Positions 63,314-64,000 of a stretch of 64,000 nt of DNA are shown piece by piece. The DNA lies in contig OZ316893.1 in assembly GCA_973895155.1 (NCBI GenBank), positions 23,396,015-23,460,014 of the forward strand, read 5' to 3'. This DNA comes from Marsupella aquatica. Taxonomy: Eukaryota; Plantae; Marchantiophyta. Every line of letters begins with the position of its first letter. Within the stretch, counting starts at the first letter, position 1. The position numbers were made by a program, and so were the translations under genes. The notes under the pieces were generated by a model. That model ran no database searches. It was not told the origin of the DNA and worked only from the letters and a program-made list of their open reading frames with translations.

Positions 63314-64000
63314 TGAGGATCGGAAAGACAAACGCCGCAAAGATGGAGGACTTGAAATTGCAACGGCATAGTGAATCTTTAGACGTGAACATGATCAAGC
63401 AGAGAGAGACGCTCGAGCTGAAGTAGAAGCTACGGGAGAGCTATGACAACGCCTTGTGTGTCTCAAGCAACTCGGGAATGCTCTTCCAATGTCCAGACTA
63501 TATTTGTCATAGCGTGGAAAACATTCTTAAAAACTTTGGTTGACAGTTGAGAGCTTTTGGATACTGTCTGCTTGGCAGATTCAAAGGACCATCGTTCAGT
63601 TTCAAAGGGTTGGTATGTAATATGGTTGAAAACTCAAATTGTGTTACCCTTTTATCATACTAACGCACTTTAAATCGAGGCTGGAACAAGAGCCTGACAC
63701 ACTCGATCATGTCGGTGGAATTGGTTTGTGGATTGTGGGCTATCTCCCGGTTACTACATATAAAACCCTTTGTCTGTGTTGCTGCCCATTGTAGTGACGA
63801 TAAGGAGAATCGGCATCGAGGCTCCATAGAAGCAGACTAGAGGGCATGGACTTTTCATGCTGAGACAAGTTCTGGAGACTGCTGTTCATGTCTACTGCTC
63901 AAACGTTAGAGAATGTAGTCTTATGGTTTGCCACTTTGTATCTAACGTCAGGGCCCGAATCTTGAAGATCTGCGATATTTTGTTGGATGAGGACTCCAGT
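63314..64000 (+). pseudogene. Decayed duplicate of the trihelix gene 3' coding end, 3' UTR and downstream flank (copy of ~59192-59880), running off the window
   Basis: tgaggatcggaaagacaaacgcc(a/g)caaagatg...ttgaaattgcaacggcat...gagagagacgctcgagctgaa matches 59192 onward, with a frameshift, a TAG replacing CAG and a deletion. Homology continues to actttgtatctaac...ggatga(a/g)g(g/a)ctcc at the window end. Confidence 0.88.

Overview
Eukaryotic land-plant nuclear DNA, not a prokaryotic locus. It has spliceosomal introns, a photosystem I antenna gene and an ASR gene; a bryophyte/liverwort source is an inference only. I can build ten protein-coding genes by hand with phase-consistent splice sites: ISY1 (+) convergent with the DEAD-box helicase DDX41/Abstrakt/RH35 (-); an ASR (ABA/WDS) protein with N-terminal tandem repeats (+); a GT34 glycosyltransferase (-); a short Elongin-A-like protein (+); LHCA2 (+); a nine-exon cyclin-J18-like gene (-) not recognisable from the ORF track, head-to-head with a tRNA-Lys(CUU); a 12-exon synaptotagmin whose first two coding introns appear to be GC-AG (+); a trihelix/Myb-SANT factor (+); and an F-box/kelch gene (+). 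A decayed duplicate of the trihelix 3' end follows. Intergenic DNA holds a degenerate Tc1/mariner-pogo-type transposon with TIRs and TA target duplication, two inverted Helitron-like copies, several MITEs, and many local tandem duplications. I found no CRISPR array, rRNA or convincing new multi-gene system. The best leads are the hidden cyclin/tRNA pair with its triplicated last exon, the double GC-AG introns, the transposase relic and the adjacent spliceosome genes. Family assignments rest on recalled motifs; no database search was run.
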